Shown here: piece by piece, positions 10,201 to 20,300 of the stretch
Numbering within the stretch: position 1 is the stretch's first letter
Layout of the letters: the number at the start of each line of letters is the position of its first letter
Origin: an uncultured Candidatus Poseidoniales archaeon
GTDB taxonomy: Archaea > Thermoplasmatota > Poseidoniia > Poseidoniales > Poseidoniaceae
Assembly (NCBI GenBank): GCA_964412625.1
Contig: CAYPPO010000002.1
Span: 9,497-73,496 of the forward strand
DNA length: 64,000 bases
Direction: 5' to 3'
The notes under the pieces: generated by a model
The model's input: the letters and a program-made list of their open reading frames with translations, nothing else
The model's database searches: none
Told to the model about the DNA's origin: nothing
Translations under genes and position numbers: made by a program

Positions 10201-12166
10201 TCCGGGCTCAGATTCAAGTTCGGGTTCGGATGAGGCTCGGTTCATTGTTCCTGCGAATTTATCCTCACCTGGCGGCACAGATTTCAGAGTCACAATGACC
10301 GGCGATGGTGTCGAATCAGAATTCAGTGAACTTCGTTTTACAGTGGTTGCAGATAATGTTGGATTAGATTCTCCAGTACGCCTAAACCTGCTTTCCGGTG
10401 AAGAAATAATTGACTTTGTTGGTATGGAAGAAAGCGGATTACTATTCACCACTGTAGATGGAGAATTGCATGTGAGAACCGTTACCGAGTCATCAAGTGG
10501 TGCTTGGGCAACATTAGCCGATGTCAAACTGGCCGATTCATGGGCCGGGGAGTTAACCGCAATACTTCGTAATGATGGATTGGTCCATGCTGCTTGGACA
10601 GAGAATGTCTTAGACCAGCAGGGTTACTTCTTGTCCCACATTGCCATGACATCGATTACTAGCGCTGGCGAGACCACTGAGAAGCAAACCTACATGCAAC
10701 CTGTCAAACTATCTGAGGGTAGATACTGGGGGCTTGATATGGCCAAGCGGGGTGATAGAATAGTCTTAGCAGGATATCACAGAGATATAGCGACTGGAGG
10801 TTCATACAATGACATCACCTCGATCTTTGTTTTGATGTCCGATACGCCACTGATTCAGAGTTCATGGAGTTCAAGTTACATTCTGGCAAATATAGATATC
10901 AAACCATCACAAGGAGACTCATTAGCAATCGCCTTAGGTGAAGAAAATATGCATATCTTATATCAAGAGCTTAGAGATGATGTAACAGGTATCGAACGTG
11001 TTGGGTTAATGTATGCTCACGGTAAAGAATGGGTTCCATCTTGGTCATTCCAGTACTCTGTTGGTGATTACGCTTCCAATGCGCAACTGGAAGTATACCA
11101 GAAGAGTGACCGCGATGTACTTGTCGCAACATGGGTTGAAGGCTTCGGTGGCGAGTCAAAAATCGCTCATGTGATCACAGACAATTCTTGGTCTGCCGAT
11201 GAGCCAGATTACATCTTGGCTGCGGGCGTGACGAATCTAGCCATGTCATCATATGGCGATAAAATCTCATTGGTTTACGATGAAATCAATGTTTATGGGC
11301 CGATGACTCGTTATGGTTTGATCGATGTCGAAAACAATGAATTTGCTTTATCTAACATGGTTGCCGAAGGTTTCACTACAGGATATGCAACCACCAAAGA
11401 AGAGGGAATAATACTCGTCTCATCAAGCAGTGGAACGCTGTCTTTCAAAACGATAGTATCACTGGAAGCTGAGAAAATAAACACTGGTGAGAAATCGTTC
11501 TTAGACACGCTATTAGAGCCATTACCAGGAGACGATACCACTAAGGCGATAATGCTGATTTTCGTTGCGTTAATCATCTCCGTGATATTTTTGTATCTAA
11601 TTGTCTCGCTACGCCGAACCAATAAGGAAGTTGAAGAGCAAATCTTGTCAGCGTCCTTAGCAACATCAAGTGATGATGATATCGAAATTATGGTAGATAT
11701 TGAGAGCGATGATGAACCAATAATGGCGATCAATATGGACGCTGAGGAATTGATAGTTCAATCCGCAGTTACCCTAAAAGCTGAGATAGTAGATGAAGAA
11801 GAAGAAGAATCCCTCGAACAGTCTTTAGCAGCTAAAGTTGAATCTGGAGAAGGTAATTCTCGACTTCAGCGAAGGATGAAACGCAAGCAACAACGCGATT
11901 TAGTTGAGGTTACTGAAAAACTCATCAATAATATCCCGCAACCAAGCAAACCACCTCACTCCTCTGCCGATGCAGTACTGCCGATGCCCGGGCTGCCGGA
12001 GTTGCCACCACCAACTGATGCGATACTCCCGGGTATGCCGCTGCCGAATATTCCAGTGCCTCAAAAAGAAGCAAATTGTACTGAATGTTCAGCAAAGTTC
12101 ACTATCAAGGATTTACGTTTGACGAAAGTCAACTGTCCAATTTGTAGTGCCGTGGTTGAATTGTAG
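7229..12166 (+). CDS. Membrane-anchored S8 (subtilisin-like) peptidase with Ig-like/CARDB domains, TM and C-terminal Zn ribbon
   Basis: Signal peptide; triad VLDTG / GHGTHVAG / GTSMA; CARDB-like ENVGDLDA...IDP...DN; TM ~11546-11611; CTEC...CPIC end. Confidence 0.92.
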   Translation: MSSVMGLRRSAIFIVLIFLVASCSSAASSVTAESENTSQNSYPITHGEPILIDGLPPLMCGEELCDRPLRLNLRGDMPASEKEGWWLAYGPDLDWNGMDDRLQRVIAGFDSISPTAIVGDDGRDTVAIVVDYAWHPTETEVEQLQAVLDQHGWIGIDSGAWFNQPESIDSIVVDKVPVSALMDIYHLNGVVVIEMQNVMVPTNDVAGKATRAMPSEVYAETAYERGYSGDGVVIAVLDTGVDNEHRSLNDFDDQDDAPDTNPLSYDDHKWVAGYDATSAAANPDGTQDPDDGQGHGTHVAGSALGTGDSSRVHRGTAPGAYLVDIKVLTDAGGTNSQYSISGIQWMINNADTDWGHNSSSRGIQIGSMSFGSVSSPLNPGDEGDNGTGGEARLINNATENADIVCVIAMGNDGSKRVPSPASADLGFAVSSASDFGTTNRTNDGISSFTNYGPRLDDGDDNEWDELKPDISSYGSNIISATAATGTSFPGAPRPEADSDYDEKDGTSMATPIASGIVALVREAAPSLSAFEVMDVIRNSSEVRDKPANTVSDRWHEKWGFGLIDASCAIDFALNQPCTPLEDTGVVNPPPSGNGSGDFVSISQPSNDTWWLEGNTATISGTTDFPSSEQFDQVQVRIVQFLESGTERELKPWTIAGGEIDNWNLNVNVLEDWVQADEEYVIVSVKLYDTVSQSESNIDFRVINLARMQVTIASPSVGQSVSGMVEFSGTVDGVQHDYMEYKVDNGAWEFATDLPELEVGSQDWSFNWDSTTVTDGSTRLSFRMVNESGVKTDDIRRTIDVDNMPAAPDFVFTGVVEVLDEVGLPVQSAVAGSILTMKFTIENVGDLDADNVFIKLDAPGDNSDVYPSDTTISNLDDGEEAEITLYWWATEVGLHTVTLAIDPTMNYDDPNPEDNSYSFTFEVEERPEEPTLRFMQGAYQTLPLIPIPGEQYTIIVRVDNLGQNDAAGLTLTLYTKLSDGWNDIGQDIITVIPGSDSSSGSDEARFIVPANLSSPGGTDFRVTMTGDGVESEFSELRFTVVADNVGLDSPVRLNLLSGEEIIDFVGMEESGLLFTTVDGELHVRTVTESSSGAWATLADVKLADSWAGELTAILRNDGLVHAAWTENVLDQQGYFLSHIAMTSITSAGETTEKQTYMQPVKLSEGRYWGLDMAKRGDRIVLAGYHRDIATGGSYNDITSIFVLMSDTPLIQSSWSSSYILANIDIKPSQGDSLAIALGEENMHILYQELRDDVTGIERVGLMYAHGKEWVPSWSFQYSVGDYASNAQLEVYQKSDRDVLVATWVEGFGGESKIAHVITDNSWSADEPDYILAAGVTNLAMSSYGDKISLVYDEINVYGPMTRYGLIDVENNEFALSNMVAEGFTTGYATTKEEGIILVSSSSGTLSFKTIVSLEAEKINTGEKSFLDTLLEPLPGDDTTKAIMLIFVALIISVIFLYLIVSLRRTNKEVEEQILSASLATSSDDDIEIMVDIESDDEPIMAINMDAEELIVQSAVTLKAEIVDEEEEESLEQSLAAKVESGEGNSRLQRRMKRKQQRDLVEVTEKLINNIPQPSKPPHSSADAVLPMPGLPELPPPTDAILPGMPLPNIPVPQKEANCTECSAKFTIKDLRLTKVNCPICSAVVEL

Positions 12167-12174
12167 GTGTGGCT

Positions 12175-13995
12175 ATGTGCGGAATTTTTGGCTACATGGG
12201 GCAAAAACAAGCTGCTCCAATCCTTCTTGAAGGTCTGCGCCGGCTAGAGGTTCGAGGATATGATTCATCTGGTATCGCGTTAAAAAACGGAGATTTCAGT
12301 ATCTACAAGAAAACTGGCAAGGTAGCAGAACTTCAGTCCATTTTACCAGATAAATTACATGGTAATGTCGGAATCGCCCACACAAGATGGGCAACCCATG
12401 GTGCAGTAACTGACCCAAACGCTCATCCACATCTTTCAGAAAATGGCAAGGTTGTTATCGTTCACAATGGAATTATTGAGAACTCAAGAACTTTGAGAAC
12501 ACTGTTGAAAAAGAAAGGTGTAGTATTCAACAGTGAAACAGACTCTGAGGTCATTACTCATATCTTGGAGTATGAACTTAACAGGGATAATTCACCTGCT
12601 GATGCACTTAGAAGAACTTTGAGCAAACTAGTCGGCACCTGGGGCTTATGTGCGATTTTCTTGGAACACGATGTCATGATGTGTGCGAGAAATGGCTCGC
12701 CACTTATTATCGGACAGGGCGATGGAGAGATTTTTGTTTCCAGTGAACCGCACGCACTTTACCGGCATACTCAACGAGTTGTGTTTATGGATGACGGAGA
12801 CATTGCGACCTTGAGCACAGATGAGATTACCATGAGTAATATCCACGGTGACTCCTTTGACACAGATATTACAGTACTCGAGGAGGAATGGCAAGAAGCG
12901 GAATTAGGGGAATTTGAACACTATATGCTCAAAGAGATTTATGAACAACCAGATTCGTTAAGGCAGTGTATAAATGGCCGACTCGACCGTGCAAGAGGTA
13001 ACGGTAGACTTGGCGGGTTAAATCTAACACCCCTAGAATTATCCAAGCTTCCTCATGTTAGGTTGTTAGGCTGTGGCACAGCATATCATGCTGCCGAACT
13101 TGGAGGTCTACTAATCGAATCATTGGCGAGAATCCCATCAGTCGCTCATATAGCAAGCGAATTTAGAACCAATGAACCAGTGGTTAATCCAAATGCATTA
13201 CATTTTGCAATCTCCCAATCGGGAGAAACAGCAGATACACTATCTGCACTTAAGGAAATACAACTAAAAGGCGGCTCTGTTCACGGAATAGTCAATGTTG
13301 TTGGCTCATCAATAGCCAGGCAATGTGGTAAAGGTGTATACATTCATTCGGGGCCTGAACAAGCCGTTGCATCGACAAAGGCATTCTCAAACATGATTGC
13401 TGCTCTTACAATCTTCGCCATTCAAGTTGCTCGGTCTCGTTCGCTTAGCAAGGAAAAGGGGAAAGAAATCATCAATGAGTTGCAACAGATACCACACCTG
13501 ATAGAGGAATATCTTGCCAATCAAGGACCAATAATGGAAGCGGTTGATCTTGTCAAAGAGGCCAAAAGCGTGCTATTTTTGGGCCGAGGAATATCTGCAC
13601 CAGTTGCAAAAGAGGGTGCTCTAAAGTTAATGGAGGTAGCCTATATTCCCTGCCTTGCTTATCCAGCAGGTGAAATGAAGCATGGCCCAATTGCGTTACT
13701 GGAGGAGGGTAGCCCAGTAATTTTCATTGTCCCAAATGATCATGTAAAAGAAAAGTCAATTTCGGCAATCCACGAATGCCGCGCAAGAGGTGCGAAAATC
13801 ATCTTAATCCATGAACAGGGTGATGACATAAGTGAGGAAGGAGATATCAACATACCAATTCCCAAAGTGAATAATTATCTTTCCCCAATGTTGACTGTTC
13901 TGCCACTACAGTTGATTTCCTATCATGCTGCGCTAGCGCTTGGCTGTGATGTAGATCGGCCAAGAAATTTGGCAAAATCCGTCACTGTTGAATAA
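12175..13995 (+). CDS. glmS: Glutamine--fructose-6-phosphate transaminase (isomerizing)
   Basis: MCGIFG start, HTRWATHG, SQSGETAD, VASTK and PRNLAKSVTVE C-terminus. Confidence 0.97.
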   Translation: MCGIFGYMGQKQAAPILLEGLRRLEVRGYDSSGIALKNGDFSIYKKTGKVAELQSILPDKLHGNVGIAHTRWATHGAVTDPNAHPHLSENGKVVIVHNGIIENSRTLRTLLKKKGVVFNSETDSEVITHILEYELNRDNSPADALRRTLSKLVGTWGLCAIFLEHDVMMCARNGSPLIIGQGDGEIFVSSEPHALYRHTQRVVFMDDGDIATLSTDEITMSNIHGDSFDTDITVLEEEWQEAELGEFEHYMLKEIYEQPDSLRQCINGRLDRARGNGRLGGLNLTPLELSKLPHVRLLGCGTAYHAAELGGLLIESLARIPSVAHIASEFRTNEPVVNPNALHFAISQSGETADTLSALKEIQLKGGSVHGIVNVVGSSIARQCGKGVYIHSGPEQAVASTKAFSNMIAALTIFAIQVARSRSLSKEKGKEIINELQQIPHLIEEYLANQGPIMEAVDLVKEAKSVLFLGRGISAPVAKEGALKLMEVAYIPCLAYPAGEMKHGPIALLEEGSPVIFIVPNDHVKEKSISAIHECRARGAKIILIHEQGDDISEEGDINIPIPKVNNYLSPMLTVLPLQLISYHAALALGCDVDRPRNLAKSVTVE

Positions 13996-13996
13996 A

Positions 13997-14716
13997 TTAC
14001 AGCGTGGTGAATCGTTGTTCTTCAGGCTTCCATCTAAACGGCTTGTAGCCTAGCATATGGTTGGTATGACGCATCTTTATGACGCTCATTTTTCTACTTA
14101 CATCATCGGCAGAACGTTCCATGACCAAGTGTATTACCCCATCTGATAGGTAATCTTCAATGCCATATTCACCGAATTGTTTGTGATCTTCGCCAGTCAT
14201 TTCACAAATAAAGAATGAGGTTAATTCGAGCCTTCGCACGGCCTCGAACAATCGGAATATTTCATCTCGGGGGTTATCCATTTTTGTCAAGGTAAAGAAT
14301 GCTCCCAATGAATCGAATACCAATAATTCAAAACCGATTGATTGGCGATATGACGTAAGTTGCTTGATTAGTTGGCCCATCCAATCTACACGATTACTCA
14401 TTCCTTGCTCGTCCAACTGAACCCGTAAATCAACCAAATCAATGATTGCGATTCGATTTCTTACCCTAGGGTCATCAACATTCATACCCATATTACTCAT
14501 GTGAGCTCTTAGTGAATCTTTACCCTGTTCAAGTGTAATGTAGATTCCACTGGTCTCACCATAAAGCACGGCATTGTATAGCATTGAGAAAGTTAGACTT
14601 GATTTCATTGCCCCTGAAGCACCGGCTACCAAGCAGATGTGACCTTGGGGTATGCCACCTTGCATATTCTCGTCTAATCCTTCAATGTGCGTTGGGATTC
14701 TCTCTAGTCCTGACAT
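13997..14716 (-). CDS. Single-domain KaiC/RAD55-like ATPase
   Basis: RIPTHIEGLDENMQGGIP, Walker A variant GASGAMKS, YITLEQ, LLVFDS, EDYLSDGVI, VIKMR. Start moved to ATG 14716. Confidence 0.88.
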   Translation of the reverse strand: MSGLERIPTHIEGLDENMQGGIPQGHICLVAGASGAMKSSLTFSMLYNAVLYGETSGIYITLEQGKDSLRAHMSNMGMNVDDPRVRNRIAIIDLVDLRVQLDEQGMSNRVDWMGQLIKQLTSYRQSIGFELLVFDSLGAFFTLTKMDNPRDEIFRLFEAVRRLELTSFFICEMTGEDHKQFGEYGIEDYLSDGVIHLVMERSADDVSRKMSVIKMRHTNHMLGYKPFRWKPEEQRFTTL

Positions 14717-14817
14717 TCGGGCACCATTTATCCCAGTGTTATCAATCACTTGAATATGTCTAAAAATTGTGGCAGAAAATCGCAAGGTTGATTGATTGGG
14801 GAAAAAGGAGTACTTTG

Positions 14818-15390
14818 ATGAGAGTTTGGCTCGCCTCCCAATCATCCCGCAGGGCTGAAATGTTAGGCCAAATTTTCCCAGATTTAACTTGTCAGGGGAT
14901 TAATACAGTAGATGAAACCTCATCAGCGTTGGATGTTTCCGGGCAAGTTTTGGAAATCTGCCAGAAAAAGGCGTCGGCAATTACCGACAATGTCGATTAC
15001 GAGTTAGTTGTGGTAAGCGATACTATGCTTCAAGACCCTGATGTTGATTCGCTTGCAATGGGTAAAGCCAGTGATGCAATCGAAGCTGCTGCTATGTTGC
15101 ACCGACTTTCTGGTCGGCGGCATAGAGTCTGGTCTGCAACAGGTATTTTTTACCGCGGTAGTTGGGAGTTTCATTTGAACCAAGCGATAGTTGAGTTTGA
15201 CAATCTCTCAGATGAAGTGTTAGTTGAATTAGTGCTCAATAATTCATGGGTCGGAAAGGCTGGCTCATATGATTTGGCCGGAGCAATGGGCGAATTTGCT
15301 AGACTTGTAGAAGGCGATGAGGCAACAGTTCTCGGTATAGCAAGTGATGCCATGGCACGCTTGGTCGAACTCAGCGATTATGAAACATAG
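14818..15390 (+). CDS. maf: Maf family nucleoside triphosphate pyrophosphatase
   Basis: LASQSSRR, SDT, MLHRLSGRRHRV and KAGSY motifs. Confidence 0.88.
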   Translation: MRVWLASQSSRRAEMLGQIFPDLTCQGINTVDETSSALDVSGQVLEICQKKASAITDNVDYELVVVSDTMLQDPDVDSLAMGKASDAIEAAAMLHRLSGRRHRVWSATGIFYRGSWEFHLNQAIVEFDNLSDEVLVELVLNNSWVGKAGSYDLAGAMGEFARLVEGDEATVLGIASDAMARLVELSDYET

Positions 15391-16667
15391 CGTTCATAAT
15401 GCATTGGCACTCGATGCCATGTATCTAATGATAAGAATAAATCTCTAAACATCGTAATCAACATATACGCCATCATCGAAAACAGCGCAAAGTTTCGCAT
15501 AAAATAGTACACAAGGTCGGTATTATCACCAAAAACAGTGATTCTAAAACCTATCATGAACAAAGATATCACTCCGATTCCATTGAATATCAACAATTTG
15601 TTGTGTTTTGATCGGTTGTGGATTGATTTGTGTAAATGGTCGTAATGGAGATATAAACCAGAGCCCCATATCGATAACATAACAGTGGAGAAAATAAGTG
15701 TCACATAAGATATATTGATGAATTTACCCTCATCAAAGTCTGGAATAATTGACATAATTCCCACGATTAGAAAATACATTTGACCTTGACCTATCAAAGC
15801 AGAATGAGGCTTACGATTTTTGCCAATCGTACTTTGCAGCATCTTGAGTGGCCTGGTTGAAACGAAGGCCCAAAAGAAAGGCAAAGACTGAGTAATGTTA
15901 GCCAAGTTTTCGGTAATCTGTCCTCGTTCGTACATCATCACAGAAAAGCAATGCACTAATGCTAACACCAGATAGATTGCTACAACAGGTCTAAAGTCAC
16001 TATATTTTACCAAGTCCCATGATAGGCGTCGGTTAAAATGAGCAAGAATCAGTGTTAGGGCTATTGTTCCCATCATTACCACCACGTTGAAGGAAAAACC
16101 GAATTCCAACAGACCTGTCTCCTTTCTAAATATCCAACAAGCTAGAACGATCAAAACAGATACGGGAATCATTAACGCCGGTGCTAGAGCAACATTGCCA
16201 CAATTTTTCTCATTTTCAATGGAGTCCAAGTGTAGCCTCCAACTAGGCCACGCAATAGAAATAAGTCCCCAGGATAGTAACACTAAACCAATAGTTGCCA
16301 TTTCAAACATTAAACTGAGGTTATTAGAAAAAATTCCGCCCATAATTAGTGCTTGACCAATAATATTGATCAATAGATATTGATTTGAGTGGGTTTGAGT
16401 ATACGCTTTGCTGTCGTGAGTGAGTGGAAATAAGTCAAACACAATTCCAACAACCATTGACATTAGCCAACCAAATGAGATTAGCGCAGTTAGAATAAAG
16501 GCGATTTCGAGTCGATAATTATCTTGCCTAAATGAATACTCAGATTCGGTAGCTGATAGCCAGGTAACTGCCAGCATGAATGGAATAATCATAATCATTG
16601 ATGATGCGAAATGAGGAATATATGAGCCACTCAAGCCAGAAAATGGTACTTTAAATCGTCCGGCCAC
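15378..16667 (-). CDS. Hypothetical polytopic membrane protein (~12 TM)
   Basis: 429-aa hydrophobic ORF with GTG start; CTTAAAA box at -29. Confidence 0.75.
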   Translation of the reverse strand: MAGRFKVPFSGLSGSYIPHFASSMIMIIPFMLAVTWLSATESEYSFRQDNYRLEIAFILTALISFGWLMSMVVGIVFDLFPLTHDSKAYTQTHSNQYLLINIIGQALIMGGIFSNNLSLMFEMATIGLVLLSWGLISIAWPSWRLHLDSIENEKNCGNVALAPALMIPVSVLIVLACWIFRKETGLLEFGFSFNVVVMMGTIALTLILAHFNRRLSWDLVKYSDFRPVVAIYLVLALVHCFSVMMYERGQITENLANITQSLPFFWAFVSTRPLKMLQSTIGKNRKPHSALIGQGQMYFLIVGIMSIIPDFDEGKFINISYVTLIFSTVMLSIWGSGLYLHYDHLHKSIHNRSKHNKLLIFNGIGVISLFMIGFRITVFGDNTDLVYYFMRNFALFSMMAYMLITMFRDLFLSLDTWHRVPMHYERYVS

Positions 16668-16718
16668 ATTAACTCGACTATAATGCCCTTTTTAAGCAAA
16701 TTTCCGACATAGAGCAAA

Positions 16719-17303
16719 TCACATCAAAGGATTGATGCCTAGATTATAGTTGCCAACATCAACTATGACATCAGACCCAGGTATCATTAGTAATTTGTCC
16801 TCTTGGTCTAGAGCAAATACGCCAACTCCAACCTCATCGGTCATCATCTTCAAGTCTCTTCGGCAAGCGTTTTGATGGGAATCCATGTGTACTAAATCTC
16901 TTAAATCAACAATTACAGTGTCACCATTAGCAACTCTTTGAGCAATACCTCTAGTAGGTATGCGCTTCATTTCATCGGGAGAAACATAGCGCAGTGCGCG
17001 TGTTGGGAATGAACGTCTAGCCTGATTTTGCACGCCCATGTCGTGGAATGGTTCACCATCAGCAGTAACCGGGCCTTGCCAGTTGTGTGGTATTGGCACA
17101 GGCACGTGCGCGGATTCAACTTTGGGCAACTCGCTCAGTGGTTCTTGTACAGGTTTGGTTTGTTCGGTGTCCAGTGTAGACTGGGTTAGGGCGGTTTTTG
17201 GTTCACTGTCGGTTTGACTTGCTGCCGGTGTGGTGTCCGCTTGGCCAACTTTTTGTACACCTTCTGGGTCCGGAAGGCCAAAAAATCCCCATAAACTTAC
17301 CAT
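16719..17303 (-). CDS. sepF: Cell division protein SepF (archaeal type)
   Basis: C-terminal GDTVIVDL...RDLKMMTDEVGVGVFAL...LLMIP core; hydrophobic N-terminus MVSLWGFFGL and low-complexity linker. Start 17303 or 17309. Confidence 0.72.
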   Translation of the reverse strand: MVSLWGFFGLPDPEGVQKVGQADTTPAASQTDSEPKTALTQSTLDTEQTKPVQEPLSELPKVESAHVPVPIPHNWQGPVTADGEPFHDMGVQNQARRSFPTRALRYVSPDEMKRIPTRGIAQRVANGDTVIVDLRDLVHMDSHQNACRRDLKMMTDEVGVGVFALDQEDKLLMIPGSDVIVDVGNYNLGINPLM

Positions 17304-17312
17304 ATTCACACA

Positions 17313-20300
17313 TCACAAATCCAAGTCATCTAAAATATCATTCAGAGAATTGCTGGCAGATTGGGTGGTAGTATCTCTAATTATTGGCTGGTTTTGAGCA
17401 ATGTTTGGGGTTTGTGCAGCAATGTATTGTGCGCCATAGTGCTGCCATTGTTCCATGGTCCAACCCTCAGGTAAACCTGTTGCAGGTAGTGGTGGGCCTT
17501 GATTTGTTACAGGAACTGGTTGTGGGTTTACTGAAGGTTGAGCGACAGGTTGGGGTGTTGGACTGAATGTTGAGTATGCGTCAGATTGGGTGGAGACTTG
17601 TGCCTGAGGGTTATAGGCAGCATATGGGTCTACTTGTGGCTGTGGATTGTAGGCTGCATAGGGATCTGGTTGTGTGGAATCTTGTTGATATAACCCAAAT
17701 CCAGCATCAGCGCTAGGTATTGCAATAGGTTCAGTAAACTGACTTGCTGAGGAACTCGGCAAACTAAAGTCAGAATATTTGTTTGATGAATTGCCAGATT
17801 TTCTAGTGAAAAATAAGAACGCGGCCAGTCCAATTACTACTACTGCGAGTATACCAATTACCAAAGTCCCGACACCTCCAAATGCGTTAGTAATCGATTC
17901 TAAGAAGCCATCTGCAGGTTTTGCTTTTACCACAATCTCAATCTCTGTAGTGCTACTTGCGCCATCATCATCTGTGGCAGTCAAAGTGATTAGCCAAGTT
18001 CCAGATGGTAAATCGCTAATTAGCCATTCTGCTCCATAATGATCGATATCTCCAGTTGTTTCTCCATCCAAATCAGAATCTATATGATTGCTATCCCAAG
18101 CGTAAATCAATGAGGTTTTGTCAAATGCAGTATCAGTAGTTGTTATTCCAGATAAAGTGAGATTGTCACCTTCATTCAATGCTAATACATCGGTACTGTT
18201 GGTTATTTTAGCTCTTGGAGCAGAATTAATCACACTGACATTGAGGCTTGTTGAATCACTAGCGCCATCATCGTCAGTAACTGTGGCAGTAATCCATCTT
18301 GTTCCAGTAGTAGGCCACGATGCAGTCATCTCTAGGCCGCTGATGTCACAGTCGTTGTCAGCTACTCCATCTTCATCGGCGTCGCTTAGAGAATCCAAAT
18401 CCCAACAAATTTCCAAATTGTCGATATCAGATGCTGTATCAGTAACATCAGCAGTGAAGGTGATATTATTGTCCTCAAATATCGGTTGAGTGGAACCTGT
18501 AGTTTCAATAGTCGGAGCGACATTGGATATATTGACGATTCCAGTTCTGATCTCTGACTTAACATTGTCATTGTCATAAGCTACAACCGTTAGTGTGTGA
18601 AGTCCCGATGTGGCCCAAGATACAGTAGTTTGGGAAGACGGTCCGACAGTGGTTATAGTCCAGTTCTCGTCCCTATCAGACGGCATCCATTCGATAATTA
18701 GTGAATCTTTATCCAAAGGCGTATCATCTGCTACTGCACGTAAAATTACCGTTTCATCCTCATTCAAGTTCCAGTAACCCAGTGAATCTGTAGACTGATT
18801 TTGACCGGCCTTCCACAGTTCAGGTTGAGCTAAGGCGGGAGCGGCATTCAATACATTTACCGTCTTAGAGATACTTGTTTGTGCGCCATCATCATCTGTA
18901 GCAACTGCGGTAATAACCATTGGCCCTTCCTCTCCTGCGAGGATTCTACAGGTTGTCCCCTCATTGTCACCATCAAAACACACAAGGCCGGGCCACGTGA
19001 TATCGACTGGAGATTGTTCTTCGGGCCTCTTGGTATCATTGTCACTACTGCCAGATGCGTCAGCAGTGAAAAATTGGTTTACCTCGATCGATTCTGGCAC
19101 AACTAGATCAACGATTGGTGCACGATTTAGCACTGTTGCAGTAACGTCGATTACATCAGTATCGAGTTCATCATCAATAACAGTAATCATGACATTCCAT
19201 ATACCGTCATCACTCCAGTTGTAGTTTATTATGCAATTTTCCGCATCGTAATTCTCAACCCCGTCCGGCAGTCGCCAAGTAACAGTGAAACGACAGGTTA
19301 CATCTCCACCGTCCTCATCATAACTCGCCGATGCGTCGATAGTTACATTTTCCCTGGTGAATACTCCATCGGTCACCGTTACCTCGGCAGTTGGCGTTCT
19401 GCCAACAAAAACCTCGACACTTGCTAAGTTGTTGGTTCGGTTGGAATCTTCAGTAACAAGTTCGTCAGGATCTACCTCAATCAATAGATTTTGCAGACCA
19501 ATAGGCTCATTTTGTGGAACGGTCCATTCAACATCAATTCTCGCTTCACCATATGATGGTATTGAAGGAAGTGGTTCACTAATTACTGTGCCAGTTGGGG
19601 TAGTAACCTCTATTGTCGTGGCTGGTGAAGATAATAAGCCCCGATTTTGTGTTGGAATTGAAAATGATAGCAAATCACCTGGTAAGGCATTGTAGCCAAT
19701 GGATTTGGTTAATGTCGCCTCAACGCCATCTCTAGTTCGGGTTACAATTATCGCTTCGGATTGGGCGATTAAGTCTACAGGTGTCAGTGATAGATCGACT
19801 ACTATTGTCGCTGCGCCAATAATCTCTGCTTGAGGATCCCAAACTATTAGTCCATTACTCGAGTAGTCATCGCTTGAATTGGTGGTGTCGACAACGTCTG
19901 ATGAATTGAATATTGCAGTCGCTTGTCCGTTAGTATCAGTTGTCGGGTTAAGTAAAGTCTCGGCTAACTCGTACCTTAATTGCAGGTTGGTATTAGTTTG
20001 CGCTCCAGCGGGCCCACTGTAGTCTATTGAGATTGTCTGTTCTGCGTTTGGTAGGGTGGCAATACCTTGTAAACCGATATCTATTTCCAAGTCTCTAGTG
20101 CCGGGATTAGAGGTTGGATTAACACCGCTTGAATCTACTGGTTCGTATCGCTTGAGCAACCAGTCAATGGTAAATCCAGCGGCGTTGCTTACTCGCATCC
20201 AAGAATTATATCTAATGTCAGGACAATACCAAGTAAACCCTTGAGATACTCCTGTTTGGTTCCATTCATTTATTTTGTATGAATCATCGCAACCGCCGTA

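Noticed and set aside
12100..12175. glmS ribozyme upstream of glmS
   Set aside because: glmS starts 8 nt after the S8 protease stop, so there is no leader to hold one.
13997..14716. Circadian clock KaiC
   Set aside because: Single domain only, with no kaiA or kaiB in the window.
14717..14845. Overlapping N-termini of the ATPase and Maf given in the ORF track
   Set aside because: Family motifs begin at 14716 and 14818, and each has its own promoter-like box; the extensions are ORF-calling artefacts.
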